DNA of 64,000 bases from an uncultured Nitrospina sp. (GTDB lineage Bacteria; Nitrospinota; Nitrospinia; Nitrospinales; VA-1). A program made the translations under genes and the position numbers. The number at the start of each line of letters is the position of its first letter. Position 1 is the first letter of the stretch. The DNA lies in the NCBI GenBank assembly GCA_964510965.1, contig CAZECX010000003.1:9670-73669 (forward strand), read 5' to 3'. The notes beneath the pieces were generated by a model. The model saw only the letters and a program-made list of their open reading frames with translations, had not been told where the DNA came from and ran no database searches. Positions 1-9,463 of the stretch are shown piece by piece.

Positions 1-1
1 A

Positions 2-565
2 AAAGCTCAAGAGATTATTCGCAATGATGGGGGAGTAAAGTCATTCAATTTTGAGTTTACCGAATGGCCGCATACTATCTTGGAAGGAGGATTTAGTGAA
101 AGCGCGAAAAGAAATTGGTTTTTGGTAAATTCTACCCATGTGTTAGACACAGCCTTTTTGCTGGGTGGCTATCCAGAAAAACTAGAATCCTTTGCCCTTG
201 AGGGATGTGATTGGCACCCAGAGTCCGCTATTTTTTCCGGTTCGGGTATATCTGAAATTGGCGCCCTGTTCTCATATCAAGCAAATTGGCTGGCACCGGG
301 GCGTTGGTCTGTAGAAGTTCTTACACCCAACAATCGATTGATCTTCAGACCACTTGAAAAACTCCAAGTGCAAAAACCCAAATCTGTAACCACTGAGTTT
401 ATAGAAATTGATGACCATTTGGATAGAGAGTATAAACCTGGTTTTTTCAAACAAACGGAGTTGTTTTTAAAAGGGGGAGAGCACAACAATTTTTTATCTG
501 TGGATAAGCACTATGAGAATGTAACTAAGTATTTCCTGAAGATTGGTTACCCTAACCGAAAATAA
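2..565 (+). CDS. Gfo/Idh/MocA-family oxidoreductase-like protein, C-terminal part (5' end off-window)
   Basis: The frame is open from nt 2 to the stop at 563-565, so the ORF-track TTG at 80 is probably internal. The sequence (NSTHVLDTAFLLGG, WLAPGRWSVEV) resembles the C-terminal domain of Gfo/Idh/MocA enzymes, which often occur in nonulosonate loci. The family call is from recall only. Confidence 0.4.
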   Translation, partial: KAQEIIRNDGGVKSFNFEFTEWPHTILEGGFSESAKRNWFLVNSTHVLDTAFLLGGYPEKLESFALEGCDWHPESAIFSGSGISEIGALFSYQANWLAPGRWSVEVLTPNNRLIFRPLEKLQVQKPKSVTTEFIEIDDHLDREYKPGFFKQTELFLKGGEHNNFLSVDKHYENVTKYFLKIGYPNRK

Positions 566-580
566 AAAACCGACCGGTTA

Positions 581-2602
581 TTACTGCTGGCATAAACGCG
601 TCGGTTTTATTTCTCTTAGAAGCTCTTTCATCCATAATCTTGTCAAAACCTTACCAAATGCTTGAGCCGATCTGCCGTAACGATTAAAATAAGACTCTAC
701 ATAGTCATAACTTTTGGGGGATGTGAAAAAAGTGAATTCCGTTTCCGAAGGGTGTTCAAACTCGGAAAGACCTCTTCCCGCCTTCAACCATGACGAGATG
801 TCATACCTTAAAAGCACATTTTCACTTAGGTTGAGCCGGTTGGTGTCCAGATAATTCTTATATCCCGATTTATAGTATTGATATAAATCACTTAGCATTC
901 GTTCTGGAATAATATTTGTTGCCACCTCTTCCAGCGTACCTTTAAGAAGATCCACCAAATCACTAGTATGGGAGATATAGGCCTTGCAAGAATATGTTTG
1001 CAATAGATTGCTTCCCGCATCTCCATTAACAAGGCGATCATAATTTTTCTTGTCTAGATAGAACTCGGAAGCTTCCTCGAAACTTTCAAATAACTCCTCA
1101 TGAGTTTCCCGGACAAATTCTGTATAAAGTTTCGATAGTTTAGGATGTGAAGAGAAATTCTCAAGAAGCTTGAAGGAAAAATCTTTTAAACTTAATTTAT
1201 ATTCACGAGCAATTTTAAAAAATCCGACAAAAGGCGCTCCGTTATAAACAACAGCTAAAATTAAGTGAAAAACCCTGGCCTTGATATATTCTTCAAAGGA
1301 AAATGTATTGGTTGCCACTACGATTTCTTCTAATTCAATAGATTTACCAGCATATACCAGATCGGAGAAACTACGTGGAAGCGCCCGATACTTTTTGACA
1401 AAACCATGCTTATTAAGCTTGGTTTCATCCAGTTTCATTTCAGTGCCATCTAAAAGCATTAGCTGATATGGGACAATCTTATCCAGTCCTGCATCCATTA
1501 ATTTAGAAATGGATGAAACATGCGTTTCAAAAGTTTCCCCGGGGAGACAAGTTATTACTTCGCTTTGCGTACCCTGTGTTGCGGTGCGCAAACTTTCTTG
1601 AACTGACAACATTGCGTCAACTGATATATTTTTCCTTTTAATATTCTCCAGAACATCATCAGTCATGGACTGCACAGACATCCACATAGGCATGGAAGTA
1701 TTCTTAAGTGTCTTGCTTATGTTGATCAAATTATCCTGGTTATTTTTTGCGGATGATGCAAACATGGTCGAGGGATAGTTATGCTTATCGTAAATTTCAT
1801 TGATATACTCCGCAAAGTCTATATCACTTTTAAACTGTCCAAAATTTGGATCAGCGATCATTAAATTATTCACTTTGCTGCCTACCCGATTGGCTATGTA
1901 TTTCAAATCATCTTTTATCCGTTGCCCATCAAACCTACTGACCTTCCTATAGAAGTCATGCCCCTCATGACAGAAGGTACAGCTATATGGGCATCCCCTA
2001 TGAGTTTCAAGCATGGGAGATAGCTTTCCATCAAAAAATTCATCCAGCAGACCTGTGGTGTAAGGCGACGGGTAATCATCAATCGAACGGCTTCGAGTAA
2101 TAGAATTAAAAGGAGCAAGTTTCCCATCATCTGACAAAAACAGGCTCCCCTCTAAAGCGGTTTTTTTCATTTTCTCGATATCAAATGATGATTGATGGGC
2201 ATTATCCAGCAGGCTTTTGAAGCTCGTTTCACCCTCAAACATACAATAGAAATCAACCAACCCTTTGTAACGAGTCATGAAAATTTCCTGCTCTTCGGTA
2301 TCATAAGAAATGTAGGGACCCCCAAATACGACTACTACATTTTTGTTTATGGATTTCACGTACCTGGCGATGGAAATATTCAAATTATGGTTCCATGGAT
2401 AATTTGAAAGCCCCAATATATCTGGGATTTTCTGGTTTATTTCCGAAATCAGTTTTTCGGGGTACTTGAAAAGCTTAAAATTCAAGTCTGGATAAAATTG
2501 CTTGCAATATGCCCCAACCATGCCAACATTCAGCGGAAAACTATCATTCGAAATGGTAATAGTAGTGTGAGTCAGGTCTGCTAAATATATTGATCTATTC
2601 AT
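581..2602 (-). CDS. Cobalamin-binding-domain radical SAM protein (class B, long form)
   Basis: 673-aa ORF. It has an N-terminal B12-binding-type domain (DILGLSNYPWN, VVVFGGPY, MFEGETSF) and then the cluster motif ETHRGCPYSCTFCHEG (CX3CX2C). It is clearly paralogous by eye to 23646-25715 (YLADLTH vs YLADLAH; PSPYTTGLLDEF vs PSPYLTGVLDSF). Confidence 0.85.
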   Translation of the reverse strand: MNRSIYLADLTHTTITISNDSFPLNVGMVGAYCKQFYPDLNFKLFKYPEKLISEINQKIPDILGLSNYPWNHNLNISIARYVKSINKNVVVVFGGPYISYDTEEQEIFMTRYKGLVDFYCMFEGETSFKSLLDNAHQSSFDIEKMKKTALEGSLFLSDDGKLAPFNSITRSRSIDDYPSPYTTGLLDEFFDGKLSPMLETHRGCPYSCTFCHEGHDFYRKVSRFDGQRIKDDLKYIANRVGSKVNNLMIADPNFGQFKSDIDFAEYINEIYDKHNYPSTMFASSAKNNQDNLINISKTLKNTSMPMWMSVQSMTDDVLENIKRKNISVDAMLSVQESLRTATQGTQSEVITCLPGETFETHVSSISKLMDAGLDKIVPYQLMLLDGTEMKLDETKLNKHGFVKKYRALPRSFSDLVYAGKSIELEEIVVATNTFSFEEYIKARVFHLILAVVYNGAPFVGFFKIAREYKLSLKDFSFKLLENFSSHPKLSKLYTEFVRETHEELFESFEEASEFYLDKKNYDRLVNGDAGSNLLQTYSCKAYISHTSDLVDLLKGTLEEVATNIIPERMLSDLYQYYKSGYKNYLDTNRLNLSENVLLRYDISSWLKAGRGLSEFEHPSETEFTFFTSPKSYDYVESYFNRYGRSAQAFGKVLTRLWMKELLREIKPTRLCQQ

Positions 2603-3165
2603 ATCAAATGCCCGAAGGGACTGACGAAAAAACGGAATTTAGAAAATTGAGCCATTTGAAGCGAATCTGTGAATAAACAAAGAGTAACTAACAAATTGAA
2701 AACCGTAAAAAAGCTTGGGATTTAATTTACCCTAAAAATCCCATGAATTTAGCCGAAGTCAAGTTGCTCAATTTTACGCTTAAACTGAAAAAATCTCAAC
2801 CAGGGAAGTGTTTTTAGGCAATTAGAAGTTTCTATGGGTAATAAGGAACCGGCTCCCGAATACACGAACCGTTTGGCAAAGGTGTCTCGGCATATTTCTT
2901 AGGTAAGCTTTTTACCCACCTAGCTCTGAATTCACCTAGCTTTAGTTGATAAAATTTTCTGGTTATTTTTATGGTATCCTTCTTCCAATTTGGAAAGGGT
3001 GGCATCATTTATTGAGCGCAAATTTATTTTAATTGATCATTTTCGATATTTTTAAACCTCAAAATAGCCCTCTACCCCCACTACCAACTATGCTAAATTA
3101 AAATCTTGGTGGCATCACGGTCTCACTAAATTTCTTTTCCAGGCACTAAAAGGAGAGCTTCGCAA

Positions 3166-4437
3166 ATGAAGTCCTTTGCTAAAATTGTTTTTATAAATAG
3201 TATTATTTTAATTATTGGAGTGATTTTTCTTGAGCTTCTCTTCGGTAATTGGACCTTATATATTTCAAATAATTTTTTAAAAAAGGATTCTACCGCGCGT
3301 TTTACCGACCGCTACTATGAAACGGTTTTCACAATGTGTCCCGATGAGCGTTTGCACCATATTTATTGTCCCGAAATTTCCCATAAAAACAAGATGCTAC
3401 CTACCGATGGGGGAGAAGTAATAGTGAGTTTTATTAATAAATCGTCCATCAGGGTTGCGGGACCTAGTGACATGTCAGCAGTTACGGATGTGACTAGTTA
3501 CGATGTAATCAATATAGGTGACTCGTTTTTACAAGCAGATGAAATACCTTATGAATATACCTTGAGCAGCGTAATGGAAGAAGCCAGCGGGAAAACGGTC
3601 CTGCAGGTAGGAATGGGAAGTTGGGCACCGCTAAACTTTTATGCTTGGTTGAAAAAAAATGAGTTGCGTAAAAATGTAGAGGTAAATATGTTTGTAATGA
3701 CCAACGATTTTCTGCCTAACTATGGGCTTTCAAACTTGAACTATTATCGTTTGGGAGAAATGGGGGAATCGGGTGAACTGCAATTTGGAGATTTCAGCTT
3801 TATGTGGAAAATATTTGGGGAATCTGAGTTCCCGTCGCTGCTAAAACATGCACTGGTAATGAATTCTGCAATCTATAGGCTTTTACTAAGAATAAAAACC
3901 AAGTGGAAAGAAAAAAAATCACCCTTAAGCATATCTTCACCTGACATGTTTTCAGATATATTGACAGACCCTGTTAAAGACTGTGATCGCATAAAGAAAT
4001 ATGAAAATATTACCGTTTTGACTCGTGATTATGTACGTTTGGCTTTTAATAAGAGTTGTTGGAATGAGGAACTACATAAATATGTTGATAGCGCTATAAA
4101 GGATATACGAAAATCTATTAACGAAGTAAACAAGGTAGGTGGAAAGATGCGAATCTTGATGATACCTGCTGCCTGGGCATTTGAGGATGAAGGTGTTGAT
4201 GGCAAAACCCATGATGCATATAATATGGATGCTAATGCTGCAATTACCGCAGAACCGCTTGTAGAATATCTCAAGTTGAAATTGTCTGACACTAATATTG
4301 AAGTAGTATCTTTAGAAAAATTGATTAAAAGTGCTAAAAAACAGACAAATAAAAATTATTATTTCCCTACAGATGGACATTGGAATAAAAAAGCACATAA
4401 AATGCTGGGCACATGGTTGGCTGAACCATTTCATTGA
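3166..4437 (+). CDS. Membrane-anchored SGNH/GDSL-like hydrolase or O-acyltransferase (AlgX/AlgJ-like)
   Basis: AAGGAG lies 8-9 nt upstream of the ATG. There is an N-terminal TM helix (FAKIVFINSIILIIGVIFLELLF). A GDS block (INIGDSFLQ) and a C-terminal DxxH block (FPTDGHWNKKAH) fit the SGNH catalytic motifs. Confidence 0.55.
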   Translation: MKSFAKIVFINSIILIIGVIFLELLFGNWTLYISNNFLKKDSTARFTDRYYETVFTMCPDERLHHIYCPEISHKNKMLPTDGGEVIVSFINKSSIRVAGPSDMSAVTDVTSYDVINIGDSFLQADEIPYEYTLSSVMEEASGKTVLQVGMGSWAPLNFYAWLKKNELRKNVEVNMFVMTNDFLPNYGLSNLNYYRLGEMGESGELQFGDFSFMWKIFGESEFPSLLKHALVMNSAIYRLLLRIKTKWKEKKSPLSISSPDMFSDILTDPVKDCDRIKKYENITVLTRDYVRLAFNKSCWNEELHKYVDSAIKDIRKSINEVNKVGGKMRILMIPAAWAFEDEGVDGKTHDAYNMDANAAITAEPLVEYLKLKLSDTNIEVVSLEKLIKSAKKQTNKNYYFPTDGHWNKKAHKMLGTWLAEPFH

Positions 4438-4474
4438 TAATCTCACACCCAATTCAGTTTTTGCTTCCTCAATT

Positions 4475-4522
4475 AGGTAAAGGAAGGCGGCACGCCTTAC
4501 CTCTATTAATATAAATTTTTTT
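4475..4522 (+). terminator. Candidate weak rho-independent terminator after the SGNH gene
   Basis: A GC-rich hairpin AAGGCG-gca-CGCCTT (4484-4498) has extra lower pairing. A T7 run at 4516-4522 lies about 14 nt downstream, so the spacing is non-canonical. Confidence 0.3.
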
Positions 4523-4616
4523 ATCTTTTAGGCGCTAAATCCTGCCGTCCTTATTAATTATTTTATGAATCTAAAGTTTTCCGTCCTTTTTAATTCCTTG
4601 TGATTGCACCTGAGAA

Positions 4617-6707
4617 ATGAACCAGCCAAATGATAATAATGGGTTTTCAGTTTCCGAAAAAACTGATGGACCAAGAGATTACCATCGTAATCCCAGGCCT
4701 GGAGGCAACAACCATAAGGCTTTAGTTGTGATTCAGGATCTTTCCTGTGGATCCCTCTTTCCCTTGTTGGGGGTCTATTTTAAGCAGGGTCCCTTTTTGA
4801 TTTATTATCAAAGAGCCACTCGCGGAGGCTTGAGATTAGCTTTTCTGCTTCACCTATTTGGAATTGCAACATCCGATCCATTAAAAATCAAAGATTTATT
4901 TTATTTCGGCACCCCAAATACGAATTTTTGGGAAATCCAATACCAGGTCACTAAGACCTGCAAAGATCAACTGGATCGGATTGAAAGCATTATCGAAACA
5001 TATATTCCCAAGTGCACTCTTTATAGAAAAAAAATTTTTGCAACGAATGTAAGTCGTGCATGGCAAGTCTGGATTAATGAAGCCCTCCTTTTGCACTCTG
5101 TAGCCAGGAGGTTAGGAAAACAGGAGAATATTCCTACGGACCATGTGATTCTTATTTCTCGATATGCTTCCTTGTTGAAAATTTTAAATTTGAACCCATC
5201 AACAAAGAATGACGTTTTTGTCATGTCCCACCCCAATCAGAACAAGGCTGTTTTATATCCTCTGGCCACAGTACTTTTTAGCATCTTGGAAGTACTGCAG
5301 GTATTTTTTAAATTTTTTATACCCAAAACAACTCAGGCTTCAAAATCTTTTTATTCTTTTAAGCTTGGTGCAGCAGCCGCCTGGGGAACTGAAGGAATGG
5401 ACAAAAACCAAAAAGACGATTTGTATTGGTGGCGCAATAGCTCAATAGCTGCAGATCGTTTGTTTTATATGTTTGAGCGAGAAAATATCCAACCCACTAG
5501 GGATCGAGTAGGGCAAGTCAAAAATCTTGGTATTGAATCGGTGGCGTTGAATTCCAAGTTTCCAGGAGATTATCCAAATTTAATAATTCCAAATATACAA
5601 AATCAATCATTATTTATATCAGTACGAAGATTTTGTTTAATATCCAAGCTTGCCTGGACATCCTTTATCAAAGACGAGTTTTCTCAGGCAGTATTGGCGT
5701 TAGTGTGTTGGCAATATTTTAAAGGTAAAAAGCTTTCCGATATTTACAAGAAATTAAATCTAAAAGGAATATTTCATTTTGAAGAAGCAGGTTTGGATTT
5801 AATCTCGCTTGCCTCTGATATGAGCGATTCCATTCGCATTGGAACACATTGGGCTTCTCACGCCGGTATTAATCAAATTTGCAGCCGAAACCATCAGGTA
5901 TATTTTCTTTGGGGGCATCATGATGCCCAACTCGCTCTGGATGCGGGGTCAATATCCAAAAATTTACTACTTTCAGGATGTTTTTTGTCCGACCACTCAA
6001 ACAATGAAGAGCATCAAAATGCTCAGAAAAAGGTACAAGAAATGCGAAAGCAGGGTGTTCGTTACATCCTTACTTTGTTCGATGGCTCTTCCCCAAGTCC
6101 CGATTTCTACGGATTTTTCCTGAATTGGTTAATTGAAGATCCTCATCTAGGATTACTAATAAAAGGAAAAGGGGAGCTAAGGATAGATAAAAATGATGAC
6201 AATTTAAATGATTTGTTTATACGTGCAGAAAAAACCAATCGACTGTACGTAATGGATCATACATCTTCACCCGGAGACGCTGCTACCTTGTCCGATTTTT
6301 CAGTGGGCATTAGCACAATATCTGCTCTGGTCGTAGCGGCTATTCAAGGAGCCAAAATAATTTTCCTGGATTATGAAAAGGTTGATCAAGGGCCTCAAAA
6401 ACAATATTGTATTTTGCACTCATTGGGTCACAATCGTTGTGTTTTTTATGAAACTAAATTATTACGTCAGGCAATTACTGATTTCTTTACCAACCCCGCT
6501 GCTAACCCAAATTTGGGAAACGCCACTCCCATTTTGGATAAGATTGACCCTTTCAGAGATGGAAAAGCCAGTCAGAGAATTGGTGAATTCGTCGCCTCGT
6601 ACCTTGAGGAACTGGATAATGGATCAAGCTCGGATGATGCTGTTCGTGTCGCAACAGATCGATATGCCCAAAAATGGGGACAAGATAAAGTAATTCGAAG
6701 AATATAG
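4617..6707 (+). CDS. Large uncharacterised protein, possible GT-B-fold (TagF/capsule-type) glycosyl- or phosphotransferase
   Basis: 696-aa ORF. The C-terminal part (FSVGISTISALVVAAIQGAKIIFLDY ... DPFRDGKASQRIGEFV) resembles C-termini of TagF/KpsS-like GT-B enzymes and resembles 17085-18260. The start codon is uncertain because the N-terminus is unusual and low in complexity. Confidence 0.35.
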   Translation: MNQPNDNNGFSVSEKTDGPRDYHRNPRPGGNNHKALVVIQDLSCGSLFPLLGVYFKQGPFLIYYQRATRGGLRLAFLLHLFGIATSDPLKIKDLFYFGTPNTNFWEIQYQVTKTCKDQLDRIESIIETYIPKCTLYRKKIFATNVSRAWQVWINEALLLHSVARRLGKQENIPTDHVILISRYASLLKILNLNPSTKNDVFVMSHPNQNKAVLYPLATVLFSILEVLQVFFKFFIPKTTQASKSFYSFKLGAAAAWGTEGMDKNQKDDLYWWRNSSIAADRLFYMFERENIQPTRDRVGQVKNLGIESVALNSKFPGDYPNLIIPNIQNQSLFISVRRFCLISKLAWTSFIKDEFSQAVLALVCWQYFKGKKLSDIYKKLNLKGIFHFEEAGLDLISLASDMSDSIRIGTHWASHAGINQICSRNHQVYFLWGHHDAQLALDAGSISKNLLLSGCFLSDHSNNEEHQNAQKKVQEMRKQGVRYILTLFDGSSPSPDFYGFFLNWLIEDPHLGLLIKGKGELRIDKNDDNLNDLFIRAEKTNRLYVMDHTSSPGDAATLSDFSVGISTISALVVAAIQGAKIIFLDYEKVDQGPQKQYCILHSLGHNRCVFYETKLLRQAITDFFTNPAANPNLGNATPILDKIDPFRDGKASQRIGEFVASYLEELDNGSSSDDAVRVATDRYAQKWGQDKVIRRI

Positions 6708-6760
6708 TTTAAACCTTGAATCACCTTGAAAGAGTACCAACAAATGAGGGAGGTTAGATT

Positions 6761-7684
6761 GTGGCTTTAAAAAAAACTAAAGAGCAGGAAGAGATAGTAA
6801 ATACATATAATAAAAGTATTGCTGAGGGAATTATTGACATAGAAATTACTTCTTGTCTGTGCAACTCTGAAGAATTTGTGAAAATAGCCGATTTCGATCG
6901 TTATGGATTTTGGCATCCTGTCAGTGTTTGTAAAAATTGTGGATTGATGATGTATAACCCGCATCCAACCGCAAAATCCTACAAAGAATTTTATGAATCT
7001 GACACCTACCGCAAGGTTTATGATGAAGGAAACTTTATTGAGCAAGCACCTGATCGCTTTAAAAATGGGCAGGGGGAACAAATTGCCGATGCTCTTTTAC
7101 CTTTTATTCGGGAACGATCTCTTTCAAGCGTTTTGGAAATTGGTTGTGCAGGAGGATGGAATCTTGCTCATTTTTCTCGCGAGGGCTATCAGGTAGTTGG
7201 TTACGATTTTGGCCCTGGACTGGTTGAGTTTGGAAAAACTCAAGGATTGGATTTACGATTGGGGTCTCTTCAAAATGTGAAAGGAACGTATGATGTCATT
7301 TTATTAAATCATGTAGCGGAGCATTTTACGGACTTTCTGGGTAATATGCAGGATCTTGCAAAGCACTTGAGCCCTCAGGGATTAATATATGTAGGGGTCC
7401 CTAATATAGATAATTATGGTTGGGGCCAATTGCAAAATGCACATGTATTTTACTTTTCCCCAAGAACCTTTAAGCATTATATGCAAGCTTGTGGTTTCAA
7501 AATAATTGAGTTTGGTCCGGATCGAAAAATCCACATGTATGGAATATTTGAGAAAAACGATGAAATAGAAAATTCTAACGCCCTTCAAGAAGAATGCGAT
7601 TTGATTCTACGAAAGGTAAGAAAAGGTAAAATTAAGGATGGGATTTTAAGGGTAATGAAAATGCTAGGGCTTAAAAAAGGTTAA
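6761..7684 (+). CDS. Class I SAM-dependent methyltransferase with N-terminal Cys4 zinc-ribbon-like motif
   Basis: GTG start preceded by GGGAGG. Motif I is VLEIGCAGGWNL and the post-I acidic residue is in VVGYD. The N-terminal CLCN...CKNCG pattern matches the zinc-binding domains of sugar C-methyltransferases. Confidence 0.75.
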   Translation: MALKKTKEQEEIVNTYNKSIAEGIIDIEITSCLCNSEEFVKIADFDRYGFWHPVSVCKNCGLMMYNPHPTAKSYKEFYESDTYRKVYDEGNFIEQAPDRFKNGQGEQIADALLPFIRERSLSSVLEIGCAGGWNLAHFSREGYQVVGYDFGPGLVEFGKTQGLDLRLGSLQNVKGTYDVILLNHVAEHFTDFLGNMQDLAKHLSPQGLIYVGVPNIDNYGWGQLQNAHVFYFSPRTFKHYMQACGFKIIEFGPDRKIHMYGIFEKNDEIENSNALQEECDLILRKVRKGKIKDGILRVMKMLGLKKG

Positions 7685-8343
7685 AGGTAGGGTTCCCCAT
7701 CTTTTCTGGTTTTTTTTCGACTTGCCGGTGAACCATGGACCACTGAATGGTCGCTGACATTCTTCAATACAACTGACCCTGCCCCTATTACGCTGTGCGC
7801 TCCAATTTGGACTTGGTGCAAAATATTGGCCCCCATACCCAAGGCAGAAAACTCCCCTACCCGCACGTTTCCACCTGTCGCGGCATTAGGCATGATGCTG
7901 GAAAAATCCCCAAAAAAATTATCATGGTCAATAGATGAATTAGTATTTACAACACAAAACTCTCCAATTTCTGAACCGCTGTTGATTACAGCTCCAGCCA
8001 TTACGACGGTCCCTTGCTTCAGGCTCACTTTCCGTGCAATTTGAGCTGCAGGATGAACCGCTTTAACAAAATTAAAACCCGGAATTAATTTCAAAACTTT
8101 TTGTGCGATTAAATGCCTTATCCAGTTGTCCCCAACAGCAATGATTCCACCTTCTACCTCATGCTTTTCTATCAACTGGGGCAATTCATCATCCGAACCG
8201 AGCACTTCATATCCGAAACATTTAGCACCTGAAGGTTGGTTCATGTCAATTAATCCGAGGATTTTATAAAGACCCTCTTGTTCTATAATGTCAGCAATGA
8301 CTTTGGCGTGGCCTGAACCGCCAAAAAGGACAATGTTTTTCAT
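7681..8343 (-). CDS. NeuD/PglD-family sugar N-acetyltransferase (left-handed beta-helix)
   Basis: The N-terminus MKNIVLFGGSGHAKVIADIIEQEG is typical of NeuD/PglD. The C-terminal half has hexapeptide-repeat character (GAVINSGSEIGEFCVVNTNSSI...). Confidence 0.8.
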   Translation of the reverse strand: MKNIVLFGGSGHAKVIADIIEQEGLYKILGLIDMNQPSGAKCFGYEVLGSDDELPQLIEKHEVEGGIIAVGDNWIRHLIAQKVLKLIPGFNFVKAVHPAAQIARKVSLKQGTVVMAGAVINSGSEIGEFCVVNTNSSIDHDNFFGDFSSIMPNAATGGNVRVGEFSALGMGANILHQVQIGAHSVIGAGSVVLKNVSDHSVVHGSPASRKKTRKDGEPYL

Positions 8344-8767
8344 TGAGATATTTCTTTCGGTCGGTTTTTAATTATAAACCTCTTTTAAGGTGCTTGTTGA
8401 ATGGGGGAAAGTATCATTCAGCTTTTAAAATGTTTAATATTACTTTCGAAGCCGACTGAGTAATTTTATTTTTTATTAACGGTGTCGGGAATATAATTTC
8501 CCAGCTAGAATTATAAAGTTTCATTTCAATCTAAAATTATTGAGCTGCATACTTTAAATAGTATATCTACCCACCATTTATTTACCATGGGCACAAACTC
8601 TTATTTCGATGCCATTAGCCAAGTCTTGAAACTCAAATTGTCTAATTCATATCGCACTAACAACGATTATTTATAATACACCTTTTTTGGGTCCTCCCCA
8701 AACATGCCTTCTAGTAAATTGAGGGTTGTAATTTAAAAAACTGATTTCATGTGAAATTTGGCAGAGC

Positions 8768-8796
8768 TTGACTGGATAAAAGAATGCTTTTATGAT
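8768..8796 (+). promoter_or_regulatory. Candidate sigma70-type promoter for the 8843-12359 operon
   Basis: TTGACT (8768-8773), a 17-nt spacer, then TATGAT (8791-8796), 47 nt upstream of the ATG at 8843. Confidence 0.4.
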
Positions 8797-8842
8797 GATA
8801 ATATTTATTCAATAATCAGGTTTTTAATTTAAGGGGGTTACG

Positions 8843-9463
8843 ATGAAAGTTGTCATCGTAGGAGTTGGAACAATGGCGATGATCGTTGCCGATATTATTA
8901 TAGAAAGTCACAATTTTAAATTGGCGGGATTTGTCGGAACTACTGAGGAAGAAAAAGTTCTACGTTCTTCAAATGTGTATCATGAATTCCCATTTTTAGG
9001 GGATCGCGGAATCATTCATAAACTCAAGGAGGAAGATATTCCAGGGTTTGTTTGCGCAATTGGAGATGTGTATATTCGCGAGAAAGCATATTATGAATGT
9101 TGTGAAGCGGGGTTGACCCCTGTAAACGCTATATCAAGCAAAGCAATTATAAACCCGGATGTTTCTCTGGGGAGGGGGGTAATTATTGCACCAGGAGTAA
9201 TTCTTTCACATGGAGTAAAGATCGGTGACAATACAATTTTAGACCCCGGGGTGGTGATGGATGTTAACGCCAGCGTGGGTTTGCATTGTCATTTATCTCC
9301 GGGGGTTGTAATCGCCGGAGGATGCGCGATTCAGAAAAATGTAATGCTGGGAGCAGGTGTAATCATCGAAAAAAGCCTTAAGATAGGGAAAAATCAAGTG
9401 GTTGCTGCCGGAACTGTAGTTAATGAAAGCCTCGAAGGATTATACCGGAAGGAGTCTGAATGA
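8843..9463 (+). CDS. NeuD/PglD-family sugar N-acetyltransferase (second copy)
   Basis: GGGGG SD before the ATG. The N-terminus is KVVIVGVGTMAMIVADIIIES and hexapeptide repeats follow (GVIIAPGVILSHGVKIGDNTILDPG...). Its stop overlaps the next start (ATGA). Confidence 0.8.
   Translation: MKVVIVGVGTMAMIVADIIIESHNFKLAGFVGTTEEEKVLRSSNVYHEFPFLGDRGIIHKLKEEDIPGFVCAIGDVYIREKAYYECCEAGLTPVNAISSKAIINPDVSLGRGVIIAPGVILSHGVKIGDNTILDPGVVMDVNASVGLHCHLSPGVVIAGGCAIQKNVMLGAGVIIEKSLKIGKNQVVAAGTVVNESLEGLYRKESE

Noticed and set aside
272-489. Antisense ORFs inside well-supported genes. Examples: 272-454, 277-489, 1281-1466, 14631-15080, 21574-22035, 32247-32576, 32647-33072, 35773-36090, 43313-43600, 47727-48035, 61131-61550, 61804-62148, 63032-63337, and most other 60-150-aa ORFs in the track.
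   Set aside because: Each lies wholly within, and on the opposite strand or another frame of, a longer ORF with clear family motifs. Their translations are low in complexity, without recognisable motifs or ribosome-binding sites.
566-608. Inverted repeat AAAACCGAC / GTCGGTTTT between the convergent genes ending at 565 and 581, considered as a bidirectional terminator.
   Set aside because: The loop would be about 25 nt, and the right arm lies inside the coding 3' end of the minus-strand gene. This is too weak to call.
2603-3165. Possible cobalamin riboswitches in the long 5' regions of the B12-domain radical SAM genes (2603-3165, 23230-23645, 27419-27835, 47171-47475, 51049-51599).
   Set aside because: I could not find a B12-box-like consensus or the conserved GC-rich core, and these regions are very AT-rich. 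A covariance-model scan would be needed to exclude it formally.
7681-7684. Convergent genes 6761-7684 (+) and 7681-8343 (-) share a palindromic TTAA in which both stop codons overlap.
   Set aside because: This is real in the sequence but is a common compact-genome arrangement and is not considered functionally special.
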